The notes under the pieces are model-generated. The model was not told the origin of the DNA. It ran no database searches and was given only the letters and a program-made list of their open reading frames with translations. Both the position numbers and the translations under genes were made by a program. A stretch of 48,974 bases of DNA, counting the filler, from Dirinaria sp. TL-2023a (Eukaryota), in assembly GCA_051941275.1 (NCBI GenBank). It is 2 parts of 2 records of this genome, joined end to end, with 100 filler letters (N's around TTAATTAATTAA, not from the genome) between each part and the next. Parts side by side here need not be neighbours in the genome. Positions count along the whole stretch, not along the records: positions 24,554 to 48,974 come from JAVEBF010000188.1; 1 more part is not named here. The stretch is one strand, 5' to 3'. How positions within the stretch are numbered: the stretch's first letter is position 1; every line of letters starts with the position of its first letter. This document shows, in pieces, positions 32,176 through 44,527 of this stretch.

Positions 32176-32927
32176 ATCTCCGCCAATCAAAGGAGGCTCC
32201 AGCAACCACCTCTCTGATCTGGCCAAAGATAAGTTGCGCAAAAAAAGGGGGGCGGGCGGCTCCCCGCCCGAACATTAGGAATTTCGTCTTATGCAACGTG
32301 CTGCGGAATGCTTGGAAGTCTTGGAAGTCTTGGTGTTTAGCGGAGTTCTTGGTACTACGGATTACTGAGGAATCCTCACTTGGATTATGGGGACCACATG
32401 CGTTTCCAGTAGTGAGTACAGACAGCCCTTATGAATATTATTGTGGCGTGTGAACGAGGTCTCGCACTACTTGAGTACAGCACATTAGCTTTGCATAATC
32501 CTCAAGTACCCTTTTTCACCGCCCTACCTCTGCGGTGGAACTGCAAGTCGGACAGTGACACTTCAGACCCTTGGATGTTGGAATTGGAATAAGGAATTAC
32601 CTAGAGACACTTGGGCACTCCTCAATTAACGATGGATAGGCTACGGACGTTCGCGTTGCGTTCTAATTACCCGATTTTCCTACCTCCCTCCATATGTACA
32701 TACAAAGAAGCCTTCTACTCGCCTTATATTAGCTAGTACGCATGACCACTGTACGCCTGGTATAAATATCCTGCTCATACGACCGTGATCTCATGTACTT
32801 CGTCATCGTCATAATCATGAGCTCAAGAGTGAAAGAATCGCACGTTCTGTCTCGATGTACAAAGGCCTTCATACTGCATCCAAACTAGGAGATGACATAC
32901 CGGCGTTGAAGCTATGCGTGTCGATGG

Positions 32928-35900
32928 TTATTGATTGAACCCCTGGTCCATCCACTGACCCCAACTCTCTCCAAACATTGGGCCATAATTCAGGGCGGGC
33001 GTCGCTGCAGGTTCAGATTGCTGGATAGGTTGCATCGGCCAATCACCCTCATTGCCGGCCGGAGCGTTAACATTAGTCCCTGAGGCAGCAGTACTCATCA
33101 ACATTTGTGGACTCAGAGGTTGGAAATCGAAGCCTGACTGCTGGCCTTGCATCAAATACGGCGGCATCGGTCCAAAGAGTTGTGCATCCATAGGTTCGTA
33201 CACCCCACCCATTGGACTCGGCCCATTACCTCCATTGTAAATATTTTGTTCGAGGAGATCATCATCCTGTCTGGCGAAGTTGCGCTCTTCAAGAGTACTA
33301 CTCAGTGGCTGATTTGGATAGGCAAGCGGGTCGGTAGTTGGGAACATGACAGTCCCAAGGTCTGGAAGGCTGGCAGGTGTAGGCTGATGAAACCCCGATG
33401 CGGACCAGGTTCCGCTGGTAGGAGTATTAGCGGTGCTCTCGGGAATTGGCTGCTTAGCGCTATTGGGGCTATAAGGTTCTTGTGAAGAAGATGGGTAGTC
33501 AGACACGGCTGCGGCTGTAGCCACGGCCTGCTGCCGCAGGTCTGGAGACTCATACTGATTGGGTGTTGTATTTGATACTTGAACAGAAGGAGAAGGTGAA
33601 TTTTGGTCCTTTTGTTGCACCGCAGTGCGATTGCCTGGAGCGGGCTTGATCAAGGCCTTTGGGGTATTATGAGCCGGTGTGGATGATTCCAGAGCTTCTA
33701 TATTTGAAGCTTGTCGCTTTCTCTGGGATAACTGACTTGTTTTCACACCTTTAAGCTTCTCTGGTAGCTGTTTGAAGAGATTCTGTAGTATTGTCAGCGA
33801 AAGATTACGCGGGGTTTAGTATGGAAACATACGGCCAAAGTCTGTGAACATCGGTCAGCAGCCATACTCCTACTCGCAAGCCCTGCCAATGTATCCCTGC
33901 CCTCGTGAGCGTCATGCAGTATGTCCTTGGCTGTAGGACTTGAAGGATTCTCGAGGACAAAAAACACTAAAGAAAGGACCGCAAAGAATGTGGTGTACAT
34001 GTAGAACCAATATGAGCCGTTGAGAAGGCCACGTTTCTTCATCTCGGCGCTGATGTGAATTATATTTCGAGATACGCTTACGCAAGCTGCTGCACAGGCG
34101 TACGATCGCTTATCGATGAACTTTGCCTGCACACTCTGAGAAATATAGTGAAGAAATGGTCGATATAGGAACATCTGAACGTGGGCGTAAGCCATACGTA
34201 GGAGCTGTTGTATCCTATCCATGCCAGTAAGCACCACCGATATGACTATTGACTGCATTAAATATATCAAACGTACCTCAGCTGTTCTGGAGGCGCTTCT
34301 CCTCCAGGTCGTAGCGCCATGGGCAAACTCTCCATCCATTTTTGTAGATCCTGCTCTATTTCACGGACCCTCCCGTGACTGACAGCATATGAATGTCCCG
34401 GTTTATGGCCCACGGTTTTTGTAGGGTATATGTATTTGGTGGTCTTGAGCAAGATATCTACAAGCCGGTTGTGAGCGTTGAAAGCGGTCATGAGGGATAA
34501 CCGGCCTTCTGGCATAGGCAGAATCTTCTCGCTTGTGATAAATTCATCGTCTATCTCTGTTGGTAGGCGTTGATCGATATCATCGTCGTTGAGAAACATC
34601 GGTAGGCCAAGTAATGCTCCAACATATATATCCATTTTGCGCACTGCCCAGAAAATCCGCTGTCTGATCTGGCTCTCGATGGGATTGAATCGGAAAGCTA
34701 CTGAGCGGTGGAGCCCCATTCGCAAAGACGACCTGAGTACAATACCGATATGTGAGTAGCAAGTGCTAAGCCTTGACGATGATTGTAAAAACATGATCAT
34801 GAACAAGACAGTCTGTAACGACGTCAAGTCTCGACAGTCCGTGACGTCAATCATAGTGCGGGAAGCATTGAACCACTCAAAGCTGTTGCTCGTCAGTAAA
34901 CCGTCAATCGCCGCTAAAGCAAATACACGCACCCTTGTCCTATCGCGTTCTCATAACCCCATCTTTGGAGCTGACTATGCTCTGACTTTGCGAACAGCGC
35001 TCCTACAGCAAGCACGGAGAACAACAAGGGTAGGAAATGCGTCTCGTCATGCCCATACTGATGCGAGGGAATATTGTAAGCCCGGTCAAATCTGGCCCAG
35101 AAAGTTGGCTGATGCACAAAGCGGAGTAGTGCACAAGCGTCATCTAATGCATTCTGGCATAAAAGTCTCGCGCAATCAATGGGCGGCAGATCTTCCTTAT
35201 TAGGCATCGTTGCATCAGTGGGAGTTCCAGATGATCCTTCCGACTTAGGTGAATTGATCGCTGATGAAAACTTCCGACTCTTCAGGAAAGGCATGCCATA
35301 ACCCTCTGCCTTTCCCATCAGATCACCAAACTGATCGCGCAAGCATCTGAGAAACACAATGCCAGAGGATGTTCCATGAAAATCCCAATGACCTTCGTCA
35401 TCCAAGTCTAACATCCCCGTATTATCAACCATGGATTCGAGCATGGACTCGGGCCCTCGATCTTGACTATCGAGTGCCTTGGTCTTTGCAGGCGCTATGG
35501 AGCCGATTCGGATGTTTTCACGAGGTTCCTGCTTGAGCTGTGGCTGCAAGCGACTGGTCATGCCCACCTCTAGCGAGGGATCTTCCAGGTTTACATCTGG
35601 CAGAACGGTTCGCAAGAGCGCTTCTGCACGTTCGAGTCGGATTTCCAAAGCCTCGGTGTACTGCGGAGCTGGATTGCGTCTTCGGTTTGATGGCTGGTCA
35701 TAGGTACATTCTGTATGACAGCCTTAACATCGTACTTGGAGAGAACGGCAGATTTCAGTGGCAAGACATCAGTACTGACCGTAGCTATATACTGTGCAAT
35801 GCGTGCAAGGCTGCTTCCCATCGCACTTGATCTTCTTACGTCTGCATTCATCACATGCGCGAGTTACCCGCCTACGCTTTTGCATCGGTATCGTAGGCTT

Positions 35901-36056
35901 CACCGTCTGGGCAGAGGACGGCGTAGTGCTATCTGCACCGGAGGAGACTTGATCCTGGGGATCATGGGACTGCGGTTGTCCGTTCAGATCACGGCGAGGG
36001 TCATCTTCGAAGTCGTCCACAGACGATGCATCGATGGCGTTCTGACTATCGCCCAT
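32928..36056 (-). CDS. Zn2Cys6 transcription factor, Asg1/Mut3-like; introns 35779-35711, 34932-34883, 34276-34215, 33832-33783
   Basis: [51 protein letters not shown], fungal TF middle homology region ([35 protein letters not shown]), C-terminal [13 protein letters not shown] and FGPMPPYLM. Confidence 0.9.
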
Positions 36057-37867
36057 GTTCGCTTCTCTTTGCGCTCCAGGTCTACCAATATGTTTGGATA
36101 ATGCAACAAGTATGACATAGAATCCTATTAGAGAACCTCCAAATCGCTGCGCAGCCAAATCGTCCTCAATAACATTGGAATCTGTGGGTCAAGACTACCG
36201 CGAGCGTTGTACAGTAGTGGTTCAGACATTGCCTAGGAGATTGATTTCTAGTCGATGATCGTCACTCGGAGTTAAAGGGCAGGTCGACTGGCCGAGTGCC
36301 CAGCCGAGTAACGGCGCGCCATGTGCAAATAATAATAAAGTATCAATGAATCAACCACTTATAATGCTGCTGCAGCGACGAGCATCCTGGCGAAATTGAC
36401 TTCAGCATTGATTTCATCATCATGGAGTGATACTGCTGATCTGCGCACGCCCAATCTTTCAACATGCGCCAAGCAATCATGAGGGAACGAATGGAGATGG
36501 TCCAGCCATCATTGGGCCGGATCCATGGTAGTTCTATGCACACTCCATGCTTTAGTCCGCAAGGACAGGCAAACCCGTCGAAGCACCGCAGACGCCTATT
36601 GCGCAGCTAGACAATTTGCGCCCTGCCACTTCGGTGCTGGGATGATTTTGCGTGTTTCGGCTTTCTTGCCTTGGAACTTTACTGTGCTGATGTAGGACCT
36701 ACATATCACATCATAAGGTGCCATATCTAAATTCTGAGAGGGTATGGAGTTGACACGGGGACCATGGACACGGTCCAAAGATCGGCGTGCGCACTTCTGA
36801 ATTCTCCTGAACAACTGGAACCTCAAGGCGTACAATCTACAGGCCAGCCTGACGGCCCGCAAAGCCACCTACCAGGATAATCCACCAACAAAGTCTTACT
36901 AATCACCACCGCCGTCACGACCGCCACAAATCTGAATGCTTAACTCCGATTTGGTTGGACGTGAAACCAGGAAATGCCTCTGGTCCCTAAGCAAATACTC
37001 TATCGAGCGCTGTTCGACGAGATCGAGATCTCTGATATCTTCGGTCCTTCGCGCGGTCGTAGCTTACTTTATTACCTGCATGATCTGAGTATCATGAGGA
37101 TATGATAAAAGTTCGTACCCAGAATTAACCACTACACATATCACATTATTATGTCTCCGAACCAAGATCAATGACACTCTCTGCCTGCCTTTCTGAAATC
37201 TGGCATGGCGGGCTACACCCTCTTCCTCATCCTCGTGTTGGTTGAAGTACCACCATGGCTGGTTTTATAGGCCCTATGCAGTATGCAAAAACCGTTATCT
37301 GTACCGCTCTTGGTCCCCCCGTGGATTGTTTGCTACACCATTGGGCCTGCCCCAACTATTCCTATCAATGACATTTTTGGTTTCACAGAGGTAGTAAATA
37401 AAGCTGATGGGCACAACAGCGATTGCATAATGCGGTCAACGCCAATACTTGGCCTTAGATAGTTGGTTTAGTGGAAGATGACTGCTACCCTGGGTGCGCA
37501 AATCCGGGAATACTTCCAATTTTCCCGAGAGCAATTCTGTTATTTTCGTCCCCGAAGACCGTGTGTTATCCATTATCATCAGTTGCCGCATGACAATGTC
37601 CAATGTAATAACGATTTGTCTTGATGGTTTTAGTAAGAGATAAGAGACTTGATGATAGATCATAGGGGTGAGGGAATTATAGCCTATCAACATAGAAAAT
37701 TGGCTAGTAGTCAACGAAACGCTCTAAACATTCACAGTACGCTCAATGGACGAATTATAAATGTAAGGTAGGTATGCATGGGTTGACATTGTATTTAATG
37801 TACCTTGAATGAACCTTCAGTCGCTGTACCCTAAGGTAAGGTAGGTACCAACGCACAATGTAGAAAC

Positions 37868-37879
37868 AACCCTAACCCT
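37868..37879. promoter_or_regulatory. Interstitial telomere-type repeat (AACCCT)2 upstream of DBP8; possible Tbf1/telobox site
   Basis: AACCCTAACCCT about 250 bp before the DBP8 ATG. Function is inferred only. Confidence 0.3.
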
Positions 37880-38129
37880 GATTGATTGACTGCAGTAAAG
37901 TATGCTTGCCTAAAATAAAGTAGGTAAGATACCTTGCGCTGCGACATTGTGCAAATAGCAATCTCTACTCAGGAAGCAGGTAGCCATCAATAGTACTGTA
38001 CCACGGTCTGCTGCCGCCCAGAGTGATATTGTCAGGAAAAACACATAATAGGTAAAGAAAACGCCTAGAGCCATTAGAAGAAATACACGAGCGCAGCGCC
38101 CTTTCCAGTCGTTTCTGAATCGTACCACA

Positions 38130-39674
38130 ATGAAGCGGTCATCGACGCTGGCATCATCGGAATCTTCTAGCAGTAGCATTTATGAAGAACTCAACATCGG
38201 CAAAACCATGGGAAACGCTAGAAAGAGGCGTAAAACCTCACAACTAGCAACGTCAGAACCTTCCGAAATCGAAATGAGAAAGATATCTCGGGTCAAGACG
38301 AACCACCTCGAATCTCCAGAGTCTCCAGCAGAACTCACAGTTCCAACGATCATCAATGGAAAATTGGTTGACGCTACCGTAAGCTTTGCTACTCTCAACG
38401 TTGAGCCATGGCTCATTGCATCCTTGGGTGCAATGGAAATCACGAAACCTACCCCCATCCAGGAAGGTTGTATCCCTGCTATTTTAGAGGGCAGGGACGT
38501 CATAGGGGGAAGTAGAACAGGTAGTGGAAAGACAGTCGCTTTTTCGGTACCAATGCTGCAGAAATGGGCTCAAGATCCTGTGGGAATATTTGCACTAATT
38601 TTAACGCCTACACGAGAGCTCGCACTACAAATATTTGAACAGGTCATGGCAATTTCAGCACCTCAATCGCTCAAAGCAATATTGGTAACGGGCGGCAGCG
38701 ATATGCGTTCGCAAGCTATCTCTCTGTCTCGCCGGCCCCATGTTGTAATAGCGACCCCTGGCCGTCTAGCCGACCACATTATGACATCGGGGCAGGATAC
38801 TACGCTGGGACTTCGGCGCATCCGCACCCTCGTACTAGATGAAGCCGACCGGCTATTAGCATCAGGCCCAGGCAGTATGCTACCTGATGTTGAAGTCTGT
38901 ATTTCTGCGCTACCGCCTACACACGAGCGTCAGACCTGTCTTTTCACTGCTACCTTGACACCTGAGGTTATGGCGCTGAAGTCACGACCAGAACGTAATG
39001 ATCGACCTCCAATATTTGTTTGCGAAGTAGATACTTCGGAATTAGCTGTTCCGTCCACGCTCCACCAAACCTATCTCCAAGTGCCAGTCACTTACCGTGA
39101 GGCATACTTACACATCCTCTTGCTTACGGCAAGGAATGCTGCCAGGAAGGCGATTATGATATTCTGCAACCGCACGGCGACTGCAAACCTTCTTGAACGA
39201 CTCCTCAGGCTCTTAGGCCATCGTGTGACATCGCTACACTCTTCGCTTTCTCAACAGGATCGCACGTCGAACCTGGCGAGGTTCCGAGCGTCTGCTGCCC
39301 GCATCTTAGTGGCGACTGATGTGGCTAGTAGAGGTCTGGATATACCTGAGGTTGAGCTGGTAGTGAATTATGATCTTCCTCGAAATCCAGACGATTATAT
39401 TCATCGTGTCGGGCGCACGGCGAGAGCTGGCAAAGAGGGAGCAGCTGTCAGTTTGGTAGGCCAGAGAGACGTCGCCTTGTTCCTGGCTATCGAAGCCCGC
39501 GTGGGAACGAAGATGGAGGAATATCATGAACAAGGCGTTAACATCGAGACAAGAGTAGTCAGAGACGGGCTCAAAGACGTTGGTGAACGCAAGAGAGAAG
39601 CTTTGCTAGCAATCGAAGAACATAGAGATGTCAAAGGCAACCGAACTCGGGGCAAGATTCGCCGCCTTGATTAA
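38130..39674 (+). CDS. DBP8: DEAD-box RNA helicase Dbp8 (DDX49 family, 18S rRNA processing), single exon
   Basis: [86 protein letters not shown]. The start could be 38130 or the next ATG at 38208. Confidence 0.92.
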   Translation: MKRSSTLASSESSSSSIYEELNIGKTMGNARKRRKTSQLATSEPSEIEMRKISRVKTNHLESPESPAELTVPTIINGKLVDATVSFATLNVEPWLIASLGAMEITKPTPIQEGCIPAILEGRDVIGGSRTGSGKTVAFSVPMLQKWAQDPVGIFALILTPTRELALQIFEQVMAISAPQSLKAILVTGGSDMRSQAISLSRRPHVVIATPGRLADHIMTSGQDTTLGLRRIRTLVLDEADRLLASGPGSMLPDVEVCISALPPTHERQTCLFTATLTPEVMALKSRPERNDRPPIFVCEVDTSELAVPSTLHQTYLQVPVTYREAYLHILLLTARNAARKAIMIFCNRTATANLLERLLRLLGHRVTSLHSSLSQQDRTSNLARFRASAARILVATDVASRGLDIPEVELVVNYDLPRNPDDYIHRVGRTARAGKEGAAVSLVGQRDVALFLAIEARVGTKMEEYHEQGVNIETRVVRDGLKDVGERKREALLAIEEHRDVKGNRTRGKIRRLD

Positions 39675-40421
39675 GATTGCTACTCGTGGACCCAACAGAG
39701 CGAGCCGAGACATGGATCGATGCCGCTGTGCGGTAATGCGGCCACATTGTGCTCGATAGCATATAGCCACATGTACTGTATGTAGACATGTAGCAGCTGC
39801 TCAAGATGAGAGATCGGCGTGAGACACTTGCTACTTGGATATACTATGATGGGATCTTTTTTGCCAAGCAGTTGTGAATAGCAATTGTACAGAAGATGGC
39901 AAACGCAAACTACATGTAACTAATGTCCAAAACCAATTGGTGAAGACGTGATCTTTCATAAACGATATTGATCTTCATCTACAGCAATGACCCTTTTCAC
40001 TCTCTGATGTCTTGACCTACTTGGGACTAGCGCATGGCAGTGCTAGAAATGTGCATCGCGTATTGCACGCGTGCTAAGCAGAGGCCAATTCGCATTGCTC
40101 ACACATTCCCATTCTTCCATAAGATCGTCCAACTATCCTTTCTTTTTCCTTCTACGGTCCTTTCAGCCCCTTCTGGTCGCCTTTAGAGGCAGAAACTATT
40201 CATATTATTTCGAAGACTTTTGCCACTGTGTGCTTTGTTGACGGTGAGTATCGACTATCTACCCGATAAACTCTGACGTATGCTGGACTGGCGCATTTTT
40301 CAGCACTCAGTCTTGCAATATCTAAGCCGAGGCGTTGCGCGCAAAGAAGCAGATCAACACTCAATCTGACAGCCCGACTGCTGCGAAAACGGTGCTAATC
40401 TTATGGGCGATAGAATCCAGA

Positions 40422-42613
40422 ATGCCACCTTCAAAACGGAAATCCCGCAAACAGCCGGTCGGCATACGCAAAGCTAGTGACACCCGCATTTCTGTCGAGT
40501 CCCCCCAGAATCGCGCAGCCAAAAGGCGAAAGGTAACATGATCATGGCGAATGTCATGATGACGCTAATGTCCTCCAGACTAACGGCGTGTCCCAACCAG
40601 TCGCAGCTCGCCCAGTGACTCCAAATGATGATGAAGGCAATGGCGATGAATCCGAGAAATCGATGAGCTCGGCAGAAGCACAGGAACTGACTGACAGGAT
40701 TATTCCGCTACTCAGTGTCGCTCCATACCCCATCGCGGTCGCCGCAGAGCATGCCAACGAGAAGTATGACGAAGAGACTACTGCATACGCGAAGATATGC
40801 GGCGCGACCTGGACATACTTTATCAATGAAGCTAATGTCAACATTGGACGTACGCCGGACCCAGGCACTCGGCAAAGCGCTACATTTCGCCCTGAGTCCA
40901 GCCCTGGTGAAGGCGGCGACTCTCCAACGGTTCATCTGGATCTTGGGCCGCACAAGCACGTTTCTAGGTTGCACGCTAGACTTTTCTTTGATAGTACTGA
41001 TGTGAAATGGCATATTCGTGTGGAAGGTCGCAATGGATTGAAGGTCAACCATATGGTCGTTAAGCGGGGGCACCAGCGCGCTATACAGTGTGGCGACATT
41101 CTTGAGATCGCGTCTACGCAGATGATTTTCGTCACGGCGGACGAAAGAGCAGTCATCGACGAGTCCTTCGTTCGCAAATTGCGTGAAGAGACGAGTGAAG
41201 ATGAACAGGTCGAAGAATTCCACCAGCATCATATACTCAGACCACAGAATCGAAAGCAACCGTCGCAGCAGACAGATACAGCACATTACGCTAGCTCTTC
41301 CGCCATGATTGCTCCAGCGCCTCCGGACTTCGTCCGGCCAACAACACCGATAAAATCGGTCAGGAAGTCAGGAGGCCTTCTCGCGCAGTCGCCCGCAGGG
41401 GGAGTTGCAATCAACATGGAGTCCACAGAAGACATAGACTATTCATTGGATGCGTATAAAGATTTCAAGCCCACGCAAAGCTACTCTGTCATGATTGGAC
41501 GAGCTATCCTTTCTACGCGAGATGAAGCGATGACATTGAATGGTATCTACAAATGGATCAGCGACAATTTTGCATATTATCGTTACAACAAGACCAACTG
41601 GAAGGTAGGTCTTCAATTAAAAAGGACGCAGTCTCTTCGATCTCTGATCTGTAATCTGTCCAGAATTCGATACGCCACAACCTATCCATCCACGATCAAT
41701 TTGTAAAAATCCCTCGTAGGAGCGATGAACCGGGAAAAGGCATGAAGTGGGCAATACCGGACAATCAGCGCTCGAAACTCATCGCAGAAATCAGTCGTCA
41801 GCAAAATAAGGGCGGCAAGCGCCGCTCAAGATCCACTCCGAGTTCTCCTACCGTACGTGTGCAAGATCCGACCTCGTTTGGTCAGGCGAATGAAGCGCTG
41901 AAGACTTCACCGACCCTCCGATCTCCGCCTTTATCTGCTTATCCGCCAACTGCCCCGGAGTCGTTCACCCCATCTCGCGGGTCCCGAGTGACCTCGCTCA
42001 ACAGCCAGGACGGTGGAATTAATGCTGGTCCCAACCTCTCTTCTGATGACCCCTCTTTACTGCCCGTCCACCGTCCGCAGGGTTCGTCGGCCGCAGATCC
42101 CGGTTCCTCCCCGACACTCACCTCAGGTGCTTGGCTTGGGTACGACAGCAATTCAATGCGGACCCCGCTCCCTCGACCCCATAACCTCAACATCCCTCTT
42201 CCCAACACCATGGCCAAACCATCAAGCTACATGCCTGACAGTAGTCCTGCTCCTTTCTGGAAATATACCAAGATGGCTGCTGGGAGCACCCCTGGACTTT
42301 GGCCACCCGAATCGAGTCCACTGAAGCCTCCAGTATTGCCGAGCAGTAGTCCACCCCCTCCAGCGGCGAATGGAGTCGGTGTTGATAGCCCGACCAAGGC
42401 GAGAGGGTCCCTGAACCTTGAGACCGCGGAAGTAGGGATAGACCCGGATGAAGAAGACGGTGGCATTGATCTTGCTAAGTAAGCGCTCGCGATGTTCCTC
42501 CCGGCTGGAGAGCACGAATGGCTGATCTGGTACACATGAGCAGGGGTTTCCAAAACATCAGTTCATTCCACAAGCGTCGTGCGGAAGCTGCAGCAGGGAC
42601 CATGGTCTCCTGA
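40422..42613 (+). CDS. FHA + forkhead transcription factor (Fkh1/Fkh2 type); exons 40422-40532, 40579-41604, 41664-42478, 42544-42613
   Basis: FHA domain: [37 protein letters not shown]. Forkhead domain: [33 protein letters not shown]. Also SSPAPFWKY and a C-terminal [13 protein letters not shown]. Confidence 0.92.
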
Positions 42614-43566
42614 CGCCGCTTCGCATATTTAGTTCTGTCATATTGATGGGCATGCAGATGCTGTTCGCAAGACAACCACGTGCTCGAGATGCCCGTTGAA
42701 ACCCCGATTTTGGTACGGATGCCCATCTCTCGCAGGCTGCCAAATGAGCTACGGGGCGCTGGAACGAATTATAGCTTGAGCATCAAGAGATTGCACACGT
42801 CGAGCCGAGAATATTTCACGATCGCGTAAAGCAGCAAACCTGTTCCTGTGATGATCTAGACGACTGGTTGTTCCTCGGACAAGCTCACAAGCTCCTGTCT
42901 CGAGGCTGGATTCGCGGAACGGGATACGGACCGCTATATATATCCTTGACTGGTCTAGATGTAGTCGGATTTAGGTTCGGAAATGTGAGGATCGATATTG
43001 GTGTAATACTAATGTACGGTTACCTTACCTACCTTACTGTACCTACTCCCACGAGCCGCTATTCCCATCATAGGATCTGCCATGCAATCATTAGCAGTCT
43101 GGGTCCAGTCTTCAGCTGTGCTGATCGTGGGCTCCGTCTTCTTTCCCTCTGCCCTACATAACCTCTTAGCCTCGAGACGCTGACCCTTTGACTTGGCGCT
43201 TGCACAAAGACTAGGTAGGAGTTGCTGCACTGGGTTCAGGAGGCTCTGGATTGATAGGGGGAGTGTTCACACTAATGACGTCCCGATACAGCATGTACTG
43301 TAGATAGGAACGTAGATAGGACCGAATACAGGACGGGTACCTCATTCGCTCCCTCACGATGTCCAGCCGTCACTGATTGGTCGCGGAGCGTTTCCTCCGT
43401 CGGAGGCGTTCTCAAGTGGGCGCTAGCGATGCGCTAGGTCGAAGAGGGCTTAGACGTCATGCAGAATCCCGAGCAAGCTCCGGAAAAAGGGTGAGGGCGC
43501 CGATTATCCGTCCAGCATCGTCATTTTGTTCGTTCGGGGTGACGATGCAGGACTTTGGGGAATACG

Positions 43567-43601
43567 AGCACCAGTCAAGCACCAGTCAAGCACCAGTCAA
43601 G
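43567..43601. repeat. 11-bp tandem repeat (AGCACCAGTCA)3
   Basis: Read directly. Confidence 0.9.
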
Positions 43602-43810
43602 GACTTGAGAAGGTCAGGTCCTACTTGACTCAATCCACCCCAGACTAAGGTAGTAGGATTAGATCATCCCTCGATCCATCCTCTTAGCATGTCATTATTA
43701 TTAAAGGATGGATTGCGGTTTGGCGGACCCACCGCCAGATCTGGCAATTGTTCCTGGTGCGACCGGCGGGCCCAATTTCCAATCATTCTGTCCTGTATAT
43801 ACATTCTACA

Positions 43811-43943
43811 GTACTACTGTACCTACTGACCCTACTGGCCCTACTGGCCCTACCTACTGACCTTTACTGACCTTGCTTACAACGATACCCTCCCCCACCC
43901 CTATCAGATCGTGTGCCGTATGTCACCTACCTTACCTTACCTT
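43811..43943. repeat. Degenerate CCTACTG(A/G)C tandem repeats and a TACCT run
   Basis: acctactgaccctactggccctactggccctacctactgacctttactgacc, followed by cctaccttaccttacctt. Confidence 0.7.
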
Positions 43944-44527
43944 AGCTGCTTCCTAGTAGCAACATTTCTGATTGGTGCCTCGCCACTCTCTCTGCTCTCC
44001 TGCCGCTGAGTCTTAATCTATATCTGCTTGGAAGGAAGAACCATCGCATCGAGGTCTGCTTTCTAAGCTTCGCTATTCATGACTGAGCGCTTCCAAAATT
44101 CTGGGGGCGACCGATATAATTTCGAAGGCTCTTGTTCGTCCCATGTGAAGCCGGGCATAGTTGCATGCACAGCTCCCTCAGTCAGCCAGTATTCCTGGTG
44201 CAATATACGTTCCGGCCTACAGTGTGATGATTCAATTGATTCTCTGGCACTGACGCATGTCCCCCCCTTTTCTGAGTAGTATAATCCTCTCCAGGTGGTA
44301 TATACGAAGGATAGCGACGCTTTTATGAGCAGTAAAGGAAAACCATACCGGAACATTGCTCGCTATTAGACACCATGCGGCACAGGGGGAGGTTTTCGCT
44401 CGATTGCTCATCACAGCCTTCCATACGATGAGGCAAAACGTCAACGTGACGAGAGCTTAGCGACTTCTTTTCTCAAACCACTGCCACGCAAGACTGGACG
44501 TGGTATTGCAGCCATCGAAGTTGTGGG

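Noticed and set aside
37868..37879. Possible telomerase RNA template or telomere
   Set aside because: Only two repeats, and about 250 bp from the DBP8 ATG, leaving no room for a downstream pseudoknot and CR4/5.
43567..43872. Short direct repeats as a CRISPR-like array
   Set aside because: Eukaryotic context, no spacers, and units of only 9-11 bp.
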